The notes beneath the pieces were generated by a model, which had not been told where the DNA came from, searched no databases, and saw nothing but the letters and a program-made list of their open reading frames with translations. From the NCBI GenBank assembly GCA_003194435.1, contig PQXC01000001.1, forward strand, positions 70,991 to 134,990: a stretch of 64,000 nt of DNA, read 5' to 3'. The position numbers and the translations under genes were made by a program. The stretch comes from Candidatus Methanophagaceae archaeon. Its GTDB lineage: Archaea > Halobacteriota > Syntropharchaeia > Alkanophagales > Methanospirareceae. Positions 36,870 to 46,456 of this stretch are shown here, one piece after another. Every line of letters begins with the position of its first letter. The first letter of the stretch is position 1.

Positions 36870-38168
36870 ATGAAGTGGCTGAATAGAATCACAGGCAGAG
36901 GCAGAGCTGTAGCTGAAATACCCTCTATTGTAGCGTTCCATGAGATAGATACATGGCTGGAGAAGGTTTCTGAGTTGTTATTCCGTGGTCTGGGCACGAA
37001 TGCGATGGCACTGTATGAAGAGATAGCGGATAAACGTGAGGAACTCAAGCAATACATCTCTGAATTGCGTGATGCTGAGCCGAAGGCGGATATGCCTGCA
37101 CAGATTACAAAAATAGGACTTCTGAGCCGTGACAAAATGGTAAAGCTCCTTTATTCTCTCTGTGATAAGATAGTCATACCATCTCAAACGGACTATAAGA
37201 CTGTTCTGGATTTCCATAAGATGGCTTCTCACAATATAGAATCGGTACTGGCGAAGCTATCTAAGAATATTTATTATGTTCGCTCGCTGTTCCCTGACGA
37301 AGCCAGGGAAGTTGAAGCCAATCTCAATCAGCTGAGAGACATTCTCAACCGACTGATAGCGCCGATGAAGGGCAAGGAGAGTAAGATTATGGATTTGAGT
37401 CGTGTACATGCATTGATACAGAGAATAAGAGAACAGATGGCGGAGATAGAGTCAGAAAGGGAGGAGATTCGAGCAGAAGAGGAGGAGCGATCAGCCATCG
37501 AGCACGAAATAGAGCTATCAGAGCGGAGATTACGAGCGATAGAAGAAGAATCGGAATGGAAACGGCTAAAGGAGTATGAAGCGGAACTAACAGCCGTAGA
37601 GGAGGAACTGAACACGCTAAGTCACGGTATAAATAATCTGTTTACTCCTTTACAGAAGTCACTCAGCCTGCTGAAGAAGCAGGACAGGTCCGGGCGGGTT
37701 AGTCTTTCACCCGCTGTAAGAAAGGCGGTAACAGCCATTCTGTCATCTCCGGTTCAAGCGTTGAATGAGGACGAGGACATAGAGGATTATCTCCGGTCTA
37801 TAAGGGCAGTAATCCTTGAGATGGACGCTCTGAAGGAACGCACGCGAGACAGAGCACTGAAATGGATAGACCATCTCCTGAATACCGATACCGACCTGCC
37901 GGGTATCAGGGCGAGGTATGAGCTTTTATCATCAAGGGCAGAGGAGCTCAGGCGTGAACTATCAGCATTGGAGATAACGAATGAGAAGGAGCGGCTCGAA
38001 CACGCTATTACAGCAGCTAAAGGGCAACTCACTCGCCTGGATGATTTAATAGCTAAGAGGAGACGGGGCATAGAGTTGCAGAAGAAAGAACTGGCAGCGA
38101 AAGAGATAATGCTCCAGAAAGAACTGGAAGAGATTACAGGTAAGAGGATAGAGGTCAAGTTTGAATGA
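36870..38168 (+). CDS. Hypothetical coiled-coil protein (432 aa).
   Basis: Heptad-rich, E/R/K/L-dominated central region ('EREEIRAEEEERSAIEHEIELSERRLRAIEEESEWKRLKEYEAEL'). No enzymatic motif. Confidence 0.4.
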   Translation: MKWLNRITGRGRAVAEIPSIVAFHEIDTWLEKVSELLFRGLGTNAMALYEEIADKREELKQYISELRDAEPKADMPAQITKIGLLSRDKMVKLLYSLCDKIVIPSQTDYKTVLDFHKMASHNIESVLAKLSKNIYYVRSLFPDEAREVEANLNQLRDILNRLIAPMKGKESKIMDLSRVHALIQRIREQMAEIESEREEIRAEEEERSAIEHEIELSERRLRAIEEESEWKRLKEYEAELTAVEEELNTLSHGINNLFTPLQKSLSLLKKQDRSGRVSLSPAVRKAVTAILSSPVQALNEDEDIEDYLRSIRAVILEMDALKERTRDRALKWIDHLLNTDTDLPGIRARYELLSSRAEELRRELSALEITNEKERLEHAITAAKGQLTRLDDLIAKRRRGIELQKKELAAKEIMLQKELEEITGKRIEVKFE

Positions 38169-38267
38169 AGATGGATGACCATATAGAAATAGGGTATAGG
38201 GAGATGCAAGTGATGACGATTCGTGAGGTATTGAGTACGGAATACAGGGAGTAGGGAGTGGTGACGC

Positions 38268-39191
38268 ATGATGGAACTGAAGCTGAATAAAGCTGTGGAC
38301 TGCATCGGCGACTTCACTTATAACTTCTTATGGCACCATAAGGGTACAAAGCTCAATCCCACAGATAGGATTCCTTCTCAGGTCGGAACCAGCTATACGT
38401 ATGAGGATATAGTGGAGGCACTGCGGAGTGGTGAGGACGTGCATATAAAGGGCAATGTTGGTAGCAGACTTGGCTCGAGTCTGGGTGTTGACCTCTGCTA
38501 TTTCGGCGGTAACGGTAAGGAAATAGCCGAAACAGGCTCAATAATAGTGGATGGTGATGTGGGCTCCTATATGGGTATGAGCATGGTTTCGGGCGCCATA
38601 TACGTTAGAGGTGAGATAAAGGAGCCTCTGGGTAATGTGGTAGAGGTAAAATCCGATCTGGAGGGTTATAAAAAGTTCGTCTCGCTCACATGGCTGCTCC
38701 ATCATCCAGAGGCAAGTCTCCTGGAGCCAAACGAGTATAGAGGGGGTGAACTGGTTCTTAAAGATGGTCTCGTGAGGAGTACACTCGCAGCTCGATGTCG
38801 TGCCCCTGTTAGAATACGTGTGCAGGGTGATACAGGTATAAGCACAGGCATATTGATGCGTAATGGCACGATAGTTGTGGAGGGTAATGCGGGTATGAAT
38901 ACGGGGGCGTTACTCAATGGCGGTTCTGTGGTGATACTGGGAGATGCAGCGGAATTCACGGGTGTGGAGATGCGCAGTGGGGTTGTGCTTGTAACTGGCA
39001 AATGCAAAGGCTACGTCGGTGCTAAGATGACCGGTGGACATATTATCTGCCGAATGAGAATGACAAGACCGGTTCCTCCGGTTAAGGAGCGAGCACTTAC
39101 AGGCGAGGATATCGCTCTACTCTCGGATTTCGGAATCTCTGGCGTGTTCGTAATGAATTATCGGAGGTATGAGATAAATAAAAGGATTTAA
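38268..39191 (+). CDS. GXGXG-motif beta-helix protein (glutamate-synthase alpha-subunit C-terminal domain / FwdC-like).
   Basis: Repeated 'G.VG...G..M.GG.I.V.G' units: 'GNVGSRLGSSLGVDLCYFGGNG', 'DGDVGSYMGMSMVSGAIYVRG', 'EGNAGMNTGALLNGGSVVILG', 'TGKCKGYVGAKMTGGHII'. Confidence 0.5.
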   Translation: MMELKLNKAVDCIGDFTYNFLWHHKGTKLNPTDRIPSQVGTSYTYEDIVEALRSGEDVHIKGNVGSRLGSSLGVDLCYFGGNGKEIAETGSIIVDGDVGSYMGMSMVSGAIYVRGEIKEPLGNVVEVKSDLEGYKKFVSLTWLLHHPEASLLEPNEYRGGELVLKDGLVRSTLAARCRAPVRIRVQGDTGISTGILMRNGTIVVEGNAGMNTGALLNGGSVVILGDAAEFTGVEMRSGVVLVTGKCKGYVGAKMTGGHIICRMRMTRPVPPVKERALTGEDIALLSDFGISGVFVMNYRRYEINKRI

Positions 39192-39378
39192 GGATTTTAT
39201 AGAGAAACGCTCATTCCCGCATTTCATTGTATGGATACACAGAGAAAGGAGCAGCAAAGTATTTGTTCACGATGGTTTAGGGCGATGAGGATGAGCGAAC
39301 AAAAAACCAAAAACTTTTATATTTATTCCCTCCTATTATAAAAATCGGGTAATACACCCAAATAAAGAGGCGATTGGA

Positions 39379-41742
39379 ATGAATAAAGATATAAAATATC
39401 TCGTGTTTGGAATGTGTGTGGCATTTGTGCTATTCAGTGCCTTCGCGGGTGTGAGTGTGGGTGTGACGTTGGCGTCTGCAACAACGATATACGTGCCTGA
39501 CAACTACGCGAAGATTCAGTGGGCTATTGATAGTGCAAGTGTTGGGGATACGATTGTTGTTAGGGATGGAACTTATGTTGAGAATATAGATATAAACAAA
39601 CCACACCTAACGATTAGGTCTGAGAATGGGTCTGCCAACTGCGTTGTTCAGGCTGCCAAATCTTATTACCACGTCTTCAATGTGACCGCAGATAATGTTA
39701 CCATCAAAGGCTTCACCGTTACCGGGGCTACCGGCTATTATAAAGCTGGAATTTATCTCTATAACTCGGATTACTGTAGGATAGAGAATGTAATCGCCTC
39801 GAACAACTATTGGGGTATCTATCTGTGTTCTTCCAGCAACAACACTATCTATAACAACAACGCCTCGAACAACATCGATGGAATCCACCTCCACTCTTCC
39901 AGCAGCAACACCATAGCAAACAACACCGCAAACTCGAACTACCGGTATGGCATCTATCTGTATGATTCCAGCAACAATACTATCTATAATAACAACGCCT
40001 CGAACAACGATGATGGCATCGTTCTGGGTGATTCCAGCAGCAACAATATCTATAACAATACCGCAAACTCAAACAACCATTGTGGTATTGAGCTGTGGGG
40101 TTCCAGCATCAGCAGCAACAACAACAATATCTATAGCAATACCGCCTCGGACAACTATCGTGGTATTGAGCTGTGGGGTTCCAGCAACAACAATATCTAT
40201 AACAACAACGTAAACTCGAACAACTATTATGGCATCTCTCTGTGGTTTTCCAGCAACAACAGCATCACCAACAACGTAATGAATAGCGATGGCATTCACA
40301 TTGGAGGCTCTCAACTACAATACTGGAACACTCATACAATGGAGGGCAACACCGTCAATGGTAAACCTCTTTATTATTTTAAGAACCAGATCGGAGGTAA
40401 GGTTCCAGAGGATGCAGGGCAGGTCATCGTTGCCAACTGTACGGGAATGAGAATAGAGAATCTGAATATTAGCAATACCGATGTAGGAGTTCAATTAGGA
40501 TTCTCATCGCATAATATTATTAAAAACAACACCGCAAACTCGAACGATGATGATGGCATCTCTCTGTATTCTTCCAGCAACAACACTATCTATAACAACA
40601 CCGCAAACTCGAACGATGATGATGGCATCTCTCTGGGTTCTTCCAGCAACAACACTATCTATAACAACAACGCCTCGAACAACTATTGGGGTATCTATCT
40701 GTGGCATTCCAGCAACAATAATACTATCTATAACAACAATGCCTCGAACAACAATGACGGCATCTATGTGTATTCTTCCAGCAACAACACTATCTATAAC
40801 AACACCGCAAACTCGAACGATGATGATGGCATCTCTCTGTGTTCTTCCAGCAACAATAATATCTATAACAACGCAAACTCAAACAACGGGTATGGCATCT
40901 ATCTGGGTGATTCCAGCAACAACAATACTATCTATAACAACAACGCAAACTCGAACAATGATGATGGCATCTCTCTGGGTTTTTCCAGCAACAACAAAAT
41001 CTACAATAACAACGCCTCGAACAACGATGATGGCATCTCCCTGGATTATTCCAGCAACAACAAAATCTACTTCAACAACTTCATAAACAACACAGATAAC
41101 GTTTATTCTTATTATGGTTATACTTATGGATCTGAAAATAAATGGAATTCGACGGAAGAAATAACATACACATACAAAGGAAAAACTTACGAGAACTACC
41201 TCGGTAACTACTGGGACGATTATACTGGAACAGATACGAACAAAGATGGAATTGGCGACACGCCTTACAGCATAGATTCAGACAAAGACAATCATCCACT
41301 AATGGAGCCTTGGGAGAATTACTTTGCACCATCAGAGAATATTTTTGATACAGGAAAGCCGGCAAATCCATACCCTTCCATATCGGGCACGCACAACGGC
41401 ACAATCACGCCAAACCAGACAATTACTGTATCCACGCTTTACACTTATCCATGTGCGGGCACAGGCGGGCACACCGAATATGCTCGTATCTGGAACAAAA
41501 CATGGAACGCAACCGCAACCTGGAACGGCTATGTAGACGACTGGCACAACATCCCCTTTAATGAACCATTCACACTTGTAAAAGACGAAGTTTACAACTA
41601 CACTATCAGAACAGGCTCCTATCCGCAAATTCATCATAACACTTCCTTACTCACACCAAACGGCTGGATAAACTGCACCAAATTTACAGATGCGAACGGG
41701 AAAGTTTATTATGACTGGATTCCTGCTATTAAACTATCCTGA
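39379..41742 (+). CDS. Secreted right-handed parallel beta-helix (NosD/pectin-lyase-fold) repeat surface protein with the shared sequon-rich C-terminal domain.
   Basis: Signal peptide 'LVFGMCVAFVLFSAFAGVSVG'. 'TIYVPDNYAKIQWAIDSASVGDTIVVRDGTY'. About 20 copies of a 22-aa PbH1-like repeat 'SSNNTIYNNNASNNDDGIxL'. C-terminal 'NPYPSISGTHNGT...IPAIKLS'. Confidence 0.7.
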   Translation: MNKDIKYLVFGMCVAFVLFSAFAGVSVGVTLASATTIYVPDNYAKIQWAIDSASVGDTIVVRDGTYVENIDINKPHLTIRSENGSANCVVQAAKSYYHVFNVTADNVTIKGFTVTGATGYYKAGIYLYNSDYCRIENVIASNNYWGIYLCSSSNNTIYNNNASNNIDGIHLHSSSSNTIANNTANSNYRYGIYLYDSSNNTIYNNNASNNDDGIVLGDSSSNNIYNNTANSNNHCGIELWGSSISSNNNNIYSNTASDNYRGIELWGSSNNNIYNNNVNSNNYYGISLWFSSNNSITNNVMNSDGIHIGGSQLQYWNTHTMEGNTVNGKPLYYFKNQIGGKVPEDAGQVIVANCTGMRIENLNISNTDVGVQLGFSSHNIIKNNTANSNDDDGISLYSSSNNTIYNNTANSNDDDGISLGSSSNNTIYNNNASNNYWGIYLWHSSNNNTIYNNNASNNNDGIYVYSSSNNTIYNNTANSNDDDGISLCSSSNNNIYNNANSNNGYGIYLGDSSNNNTIYNNNANSNNDDGISLGFSSNNKIYNNNASNNDDGISLDYSSNNKIYFNNFINNTDNVYSYYGYTYGSENKWNSTEEITYTYKGKTYENYLGNYWDDYTGTDTNKDGIGDTPYSIDSDKDNHPLMEPWENYFAPSENIFDTGKPANPYPSISGTHNGTITPNQTITVSTLYTYPCAGTGGHTEYARIWNKTWNATATWNGYVDDWHNIPFNEPFTLVKDEVYNYTIRTGSYPQIHHNTSLLTPNGWINCTKFTDANGKVYYDWIPAIKLS
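39790..41090 (+). repeat. In-frame tandem nucleotide repeats (period ~66 nt) encoding the PbH1-like units of the beta-helix protein.
   Basis: Near-identical blocks such as 'ttccagcaacaacactatctataacaacaccgcaaactcgaacgatgatgatggcatctctctg' recur many times between ~39.8 and 41.1 kb. Confidence 0.7.
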
Positions 41743-41838
41743 CATTCGGAAACAGGAGTGTTCAGAACAACTAACAACAAATAACTATAGCAAATTATTT
41801 TATATAACTTCTATAACGAAGTAAATAGGTGATAAAAA

Positions 41839-42774
41839 ATGGCAAAGAGGTTAGGCTTGAAGGTATTGGCAATCTCTATTGCCTTAGTAATAGTCGCAAG
41901 CAGCGTGGCGATGTATGGGTATAGCGGAACAGAAGGGGGAGAAGGGATAAGCGAAAGCGGAGGCGGAAAAGGCGTTATCTCGCTTGTGGCTCCGCCTTTT
42001 ATCGGCGTCGCCGGCGCGGGTGAGGCGATGGGTGGCAACGGTGGAGGCGCTTTCCCCAAAGACAAAGCGGGAATCTCTGCATATATAAACACAAGTCAGA
42101 CGATAGACATCGAAAAAATAAAGACGATTTTCACTGAAGTGGAAGAAGTAGGCGACAACTATATCATTGGAATAACACCTATCTCCGACTTCGGCGGTGA
42201 TATAGATGTGCATGTATATGCAGACACGGACGGATGGATTGTTGCTTATCTCGAGACAGATGAGCCAGCGGCGAAGATAATGCAGTGGGGAACTGCGGAT
42301 GTGAACAATCCAACCATTGGCGTAATAAAATCCACCACGCTTGAAGATGCGCTATACAAAGCAGGTGATGCTGCCGGCGTTGGAATTGTGGCAAGCAAAA
42401 TAAAATACTACGATTTCGAGTTTCCAAATGCGGACAGCATGACTTTGTTTGTCAGAACAAGGGCAACAGCGGGGACAAATATCGCACAGGTTGAGATTCC
42501 AGCGGATTATATGCTCTTCGAGGCTTCTTATTACCACTATGTCACAGGCTACTATAGGTATAGCTATAGCACAAATTCAAAGTTAAAAGTGGACGGGGCA
42601 ACGATCAGTAGTCTTTCAATTTCAGGTTATGGCGGAAGGAAATGGGGCAGAGCATTTGACTCATATAAAGGAGCAATCACTACTGGAACGCTGCACAAAA
42701 TAGAAATAGCTTACGGTTCTGACTATTCTGGTTCAGCCGGCGTAGCAACGGTGCTGATATATAGGACTGGATGA
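41839..42774 (+). CDS. Hypothetical secreted/membrane-anchored protein (311 aa) with a Gly-rich N-terminal region.
   Basis: N-terminal hydrophobic 'LKVLAISIALVIVASSVAMYG', then 'GTEGGEGISESGGGKG...GAGEAMGGNGGGAF'. No known motif. Sits between the two surface-protein genes. Confidence 0.4.
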   Translation: MAKRLGLKVLAISIALVIVASSVAMYGYSGTEGGEGISESGGGKGVISLVAPPFIGVAGAGEAMGGNGGGAFPKDKAGISAYINTSQTIDIEKIKTIFTEVEEVGDNYIIGITPISDFGGDIDVHVYADTDGWIVAYLETDEPAAKIMQWGTADVNNPTIGVIKSTTLEDALYKAGDAAGVGIVASKIKYYDFEFPNADSMTLFVRTRATAGTNIAQVEIPADYMLFEASYYHYVTGYYRYSYSTNSKLKVDGATISSLSISGYGGRKWGRAFDSYKGAITTGTLHKIEIAYGSDYSGSAGVATVLIYRTG

Positions 42775-42857
42775 AGAGATGGGGAATGAGGGATAACAAA
42801 TGCTAAAAACGGGCATAGAGACGCTTAAGGAAATCAGGGATATATTAGGAGGTTAAA

Positions 42858-44219
42858 ATGAAATCTAAGGAATTTACTTATTTTATCTTAGCCTTTACAT
42901 TGATGATTCTCGTAAACACGGCATCAGCAGCGATTAACATAACCGATGCGGATGCAATATACGAAGTAAACTTGTCCACCGTGAGTGTTCCAACAAGTCC
43001 AGTTCCAATTAAAACCGTTTTCGTGGTCAACGGAGATACATCTTCAGACAAGAATTTATCCCCCGTAAGCATTCCAACCCAGCCCTCTCCACTAAAAGAA
43101 ATTTTCATCATCAACGAAGATGCAACGCTTAAAAAGAATCTTTTCACGGTGAGCATTCCCACTGAGCCTTTACCCATCAGAGAAATATTTATTCATCTCG
43201 AAGATGCAAAGTATTTTGAAGAATTGCTCTTCCCAAAAGAGCTCATAAATGATACCACACCGCCAATAATCACAAACATAACCGTAACGAACATAACAGA
43301 CGATTCTGCAACGATAAAATGGGATACGGATGAGTTCGCAGATAGTCTTGTTAAATACGGAACATCCTCGGGCGCTTACACAAAGCAGGAATACGACGAA
43401 TTATTCGTGAAGAACCACTCTGTTTCGTTATACAATCTCTCGTCGGGGACAAAATATTATTTCGTTGTGAAGAGCGTTGATCTAAGCGGGAATTCGGCAG
43501 AGAGCTCAGAATATAGTTTTACCACTTTAGGAACATTAAACCAACCGCCGATCGCAAGTTTCACATACTACCCTGAAAATCCTTTACTTGGCGAGCAGAT
43601 AACCTTTGATGCATCTTCTTCCTACGACTCAGACGGAAACATTACGAATTACGAATGGGACTTCGGCGATGGAAACGTCACGAACACAACGCATGAAATA
43701 CTAAATCATTCCTATTCAGAAGCAGGAAGTTATGAGGTAACATTAACAGTAACAGACGATGATGGAGTGACAAATTCAACTACAAAAGAAATAACGGTCT
43801 ATCCACCAGTAGCAATCTTCGACACCGGCACACCCTCAAATCCATACCCTTCAATAGCAGGCGTGCACAACGGCACAATCACACCAAACCAAACAATTAT
43901 TGCAACTAAGCTTTACACTTATCCCTGTGAAGGCACAGGCGGGCACATCGAATATGCTCGCATCTGGAACAAAACATGGAACGCAACCGCAACCTGGGAA
44001 GGCTATGTAGACGACTGGCACAACATCTCCTTTAATGAACCATTCACACTTATAAAAGACGAAGTTTACAACTACACCATTCGCACAGGCTCTTATCCAC
44101 AGATTCACCATAACACATCCTTACTCACACCAAACGGCTGGATAAACTGCACTAAATTTACAGATGCGAACGGGAAAGTTTATTATGACTGGATACCTGC
44201 TATTATGCTTCGGTCATGA
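42858..44219 (+). CDS. Secreted surface protein: N-terminal tripled short repeat, FN3-like domain, PKD domain, then the shared sequon-rich C-terminal domain.
   Basis: Signal 'FTYFILAFTLMILVNTASAA'. Tripled 'VSxPTxPxPIKxxF(V/I)xNxD' repeat. FN3-like 'TDDSATIKWDTDEFADSLVKYGTSSG...YYFVVKSVDLSGN'. PKD 'ITFDASSSYDSDGNITNYEWDFGDGN...GSYEVTLTVTDDDG'. C-terminal 'NPYPSIAGVHNGT...IPAIMLRS'. Confidence 0.7.
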   Translation: MKSKEFTYFILAFTLMILVNTASAAINITDADAIYEVNLSTVSVPTSPVPIKTVFVVNGDTSSDKNLSPVSIPTQPSPLKEIFIINEDATLKKNLFTVSIPTEPLPIREIFIHLEDAKYFEELLFPKELINDTTPPIITNITVTNITDDSATIKWDTDEFADSLVKYGTSSGAYTKQEYDELFVKNHSVSLYNLSSGTKYYFVVKSVDLSGNSAESSEYSFTTLGTLNQPPIASFTYYPENPLLGEQITFDASSSYDSDGNITNYEWDFGDGNVTNTTHEILNHSYSEAGSYEVTLTVTDDDGVTNSTTKEITVYPPVAIFDTGTPSNPYPSIAGVHNGTITPNQTIIATKLYTYPCEGTGGHIEYARIWNKTWNATATWEGYVDDWHNISFNEPFTLIKDEVYNYTIRTGSYPQIHHNTSLLTPNGWINCTKFTDANGKVYYDWIPAIMLRS

Positions 44220-44254
44220 AAGGATGCGAGCGTTTAAAATAGGCGTTCCAAAAT

Positions 44255-44297
44255 CTGGATTTGGCATCCACAATTGTGTGTCGTAATCCAAATCCAG
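44255..44297 (+). terminator. 10-bp inverted repeat (CTGGATTTGG ... CCAAATCCAG, 23-nt loop) followed by a T-rich tract. Candidate transcription terminator for the 42858 gene.
   Basis: Seen directly 36 nt downstream of the stop at 44219. Oligo-T 'tcttttat' at 44316-44323. Confidence 0.3.
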
Positions 44298-44382
44298 TCC
44301 ACCACACTCACTTGTCTTTTATCCTATCCGCGAAACGTTAAGCGAAAGTATATAAGGAGGGATAGCTATGAAGAATAAGTGA

Positions 44383-44706
44383 GTGATTATGAGAGACCCA
44401 TCGTTTTGGAGCGATGTTGTTACACGAGTACTCAGCACCTACACCGTCGTGATTTTCGCGATGTGGTGGAGCGGGTTCATTGTCGCACTGGTCGTGAACT
44501 TGGAGTGGCTGGACTTGGTCTGGTACTGGGTGCGAGGCTTGCCTTTGGTCGCGCAGATCATCGTCTGGGTGTTGTTTCTCCCCGGCATGGTGGGGCTGTG
44601 GACCTGGGAATCCTACTATCCAGCTATGATACGTCTATTGGTATTTGGAGGAATCGTGGGCTGGACTGCTCTTGCTGTGTCCAGCTTCTTACGTGTCGTG
44701 CGATAG
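44383..44706 (+). CDS. Small Trp-rich 3-TM membrane protein (107 aa) on a locally GC-rich islet.
   Basis: 'VVIFAMWWSGFIVALVV', 'LPLVAQIIVWVLFLPGMVGLWTW', 'LLVFGGIVGWTALAVSSF'. Local GC is visibly higher than the flanks, with GTC/GTG/CTG codons in place of the AT-rich usage elsewhere. Confidence 0.35.
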   Translation: MIMRDPSFWSDVVTRVLSTYTVVIFAMWWSGFIVALVVNLEWLDLVWYWVRGLPLVAQIIVWVLFLPGMVGLWTWESYYPAMIRLLVFGGIVGWTALAVSSFLRVVR

Positions 44707-45025
44707 ACGTCTCTGCAGCTCCGGAGAGTCGGAGTCGACCGAGTCGAAAGGGGACACGAGCTGGAGTGAAGACTTCATAGCGCCCTGTCGGCAAGAAAAG
44801 AAGGCTCATGATAGCGATGCATCATGATGATTCGGGAATGAGCGAACGTGGAGACATGTTTTGGATTTGGAACAGGAGAAACGGCAATATTCTCCTTGGA
44901 ATGATAGCTCGTATCCTGTTCAGATTTGGCAAAAAGGAGCGATTCAAACCACCAGGGCATTCAAAAGGTTCAACAGAGATGAGAGTAATGTAATGCAAAG
45001 TAAAAATTTGATACCGAATTACAAA

Positions 45026-46438
45026 TTATTCCATATAAATAACTAACGACTCACTCTCCTTCTCCTCTTCACCCATCTTAGCTCTTATCTCCTCTCTTTC
45101 ACGTTCAAACCCTCTCCTGCCCATCAATGCGTATGTGAGTCGCTTACCCTCCTCCACGCCCGGCTGGTCGAAAGCGTTCACATTCAGTAATTCACCCATC
45201 ACTGTCGTCACCAGCTCGAAGAAGTACATCAACGCGCCAACAGTAAAAGCATTTATCGCAGGTATAACTATTGTCTTATTCGGTCTCATGTGATTGGTCA
45301 ATGCTAACTCAGTGGCAAATTGCTCTGTCTTCATCAATTCCCCCAGTGTATGCCCGCCGAAATACTCCAGTTCATTCCAGCCACGGAAAACAGCCGGTAG
45401 ACTCACATCATTCTCATAACTCTCCACTCGGATAAAGGTGATAACTTTATCAAAAGGACCTTCATTGAACAACTGGAGCAACGAATGCTGATCGGCAGCG
45501 CCAATAGCTTTAAGCGGTGTGCTTCCCGCATTTACCGTATTATTATCCCTGTCATGCTCTTTACCAAGGCTCTCCGCCCACAACTGCATGTACCAGTTGC
45601 CGAAATAGCGGAGTTTACGTGAATATGGCATCAATACCGAGATATTATATCCCTTATCAATTGCTAAATATTCCAGAACCGCGAACATATACGCGGGATT
45701 ATCCCATATATCAGGCTTTTTACAGGCTTCATCCATGTGCCGCGCCCCATTGAGTACCTCTTTAATGTCTATTCCCGATACTGCAGCAGGAAACAAGCCA
45801 GCAGGCGAGAATACGGAGAATCTACCTCCTACTCGTTTCGGGATTTCCAGACACCGAATACCCTCGCGCTCCGCTACCCTCCTCAGTACACCATCCCCAT
45901 CACCTTCATCCGTGGTTATAATAAAATGCTCCGCATAAGCTTTCCCGACGGAACGCTTCATCATCTCATAGCACTTCACGAAATTAGCCATCGGCTCCGG
46001 CGTTGTTCCTGATTTACTTACCACATTTATCAGTGTCTCCTCCATATCTATAATATCGAAGAGCCCTGCTGTCTCGTCAGGGTCACAATTGTCAATCACG
46101 AAGAATCTCGGTCTTCCATTCCGTTTTGATGCCGGTAACAGGTTATAATATGGATGAGATAATGCTGTATGCAATGCAATACTGCCCCATGAGGAACCTC
46201 CAATCCCGATGAGAACGAAATTTTCATATTTCGTGGCTTCTTCATTCGCTAAGGATATAATCTCATCCACATTCTTATAAGGGAGTTCCATGAATTGTAA
46301 CCGCCCTTCGCTTCTATCGCTCTTCAATTTCCTGTCTATCTCCTTTATACGGTGCTCCATATCCTCTATCGCCCCGATACTGATGCCCCGCTCCCCTATA
46401 CGGGATTCCATCATATTACTGAAATCCAGTTTCATCAT
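45026..46438 (-). CDS. pgi: Glucose-6-phosphate isomerase (PGI family).
   Basis: SIS-domain 'FVLIGIGGSSWGSIAL'. 470 aa. Conserved C-terminal catalytic region 'GELLNVNAFDQPGVEEGK'. Confidence 0.8.
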   Translation of the reverse strand: MMKLDFSNMMESRIGERGISIGAIEDMEHRIKEIDRKLKSDRSEGRLQFMELPYKNVDEIISLANEEATKYENFVLIGIGGSSWGSIALHTALSHPYYNLLPASKRNGRPRFFVIDNCDPDETAGLFDIIDMEETLINVVSKSGTTPEPMANFVKCYEMMKRSVGKAYAEHFIITTDEGDGDGVLRRVAEREGIRCLEIPKRVGGRFSVFSPAGLFPAAVSGIDIKEVLNGARHMDEACKKPDIWDNPAYMFAVLEYLAIDKGYNISVLMPYSRKLRYFGNWYMQLWAESLGKEHDRDNNTVNAGSTPLKAIGAADQHSLLQLFNEGPFDKVITFIRVESYENDVSLPAVFRGWNELEYFGGHTLGELMKTEQFATELALTNHMRPNKTIVIPAINAFTVGALMYFFELVTTVMGELLNVNAFDQPGVEEGKRLTYALMGRRGFEREREEIRAKMGEEEKESESLVIYME

Positions 46439-46456
46439 CTTTCATCGTCGTGCTCA

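Noticed and set aside
39947-41086. Several ORFs in alternative frames and on the opposite strand inside the beta-helix gene (39947-40213, 40069-40314, 40504-40707, 40547-41086)
   Set aside because: Artefacts of the in-frame tandem repeats. Their translations are repetitive Thr/Ile/Val strings with no start context.
39790-41090. Possible CRISPR array
   Set aside because: The repeats are in-frame coding units of one long ORF with no unique spacers of constant length. No cas genes. Not CRISPR.
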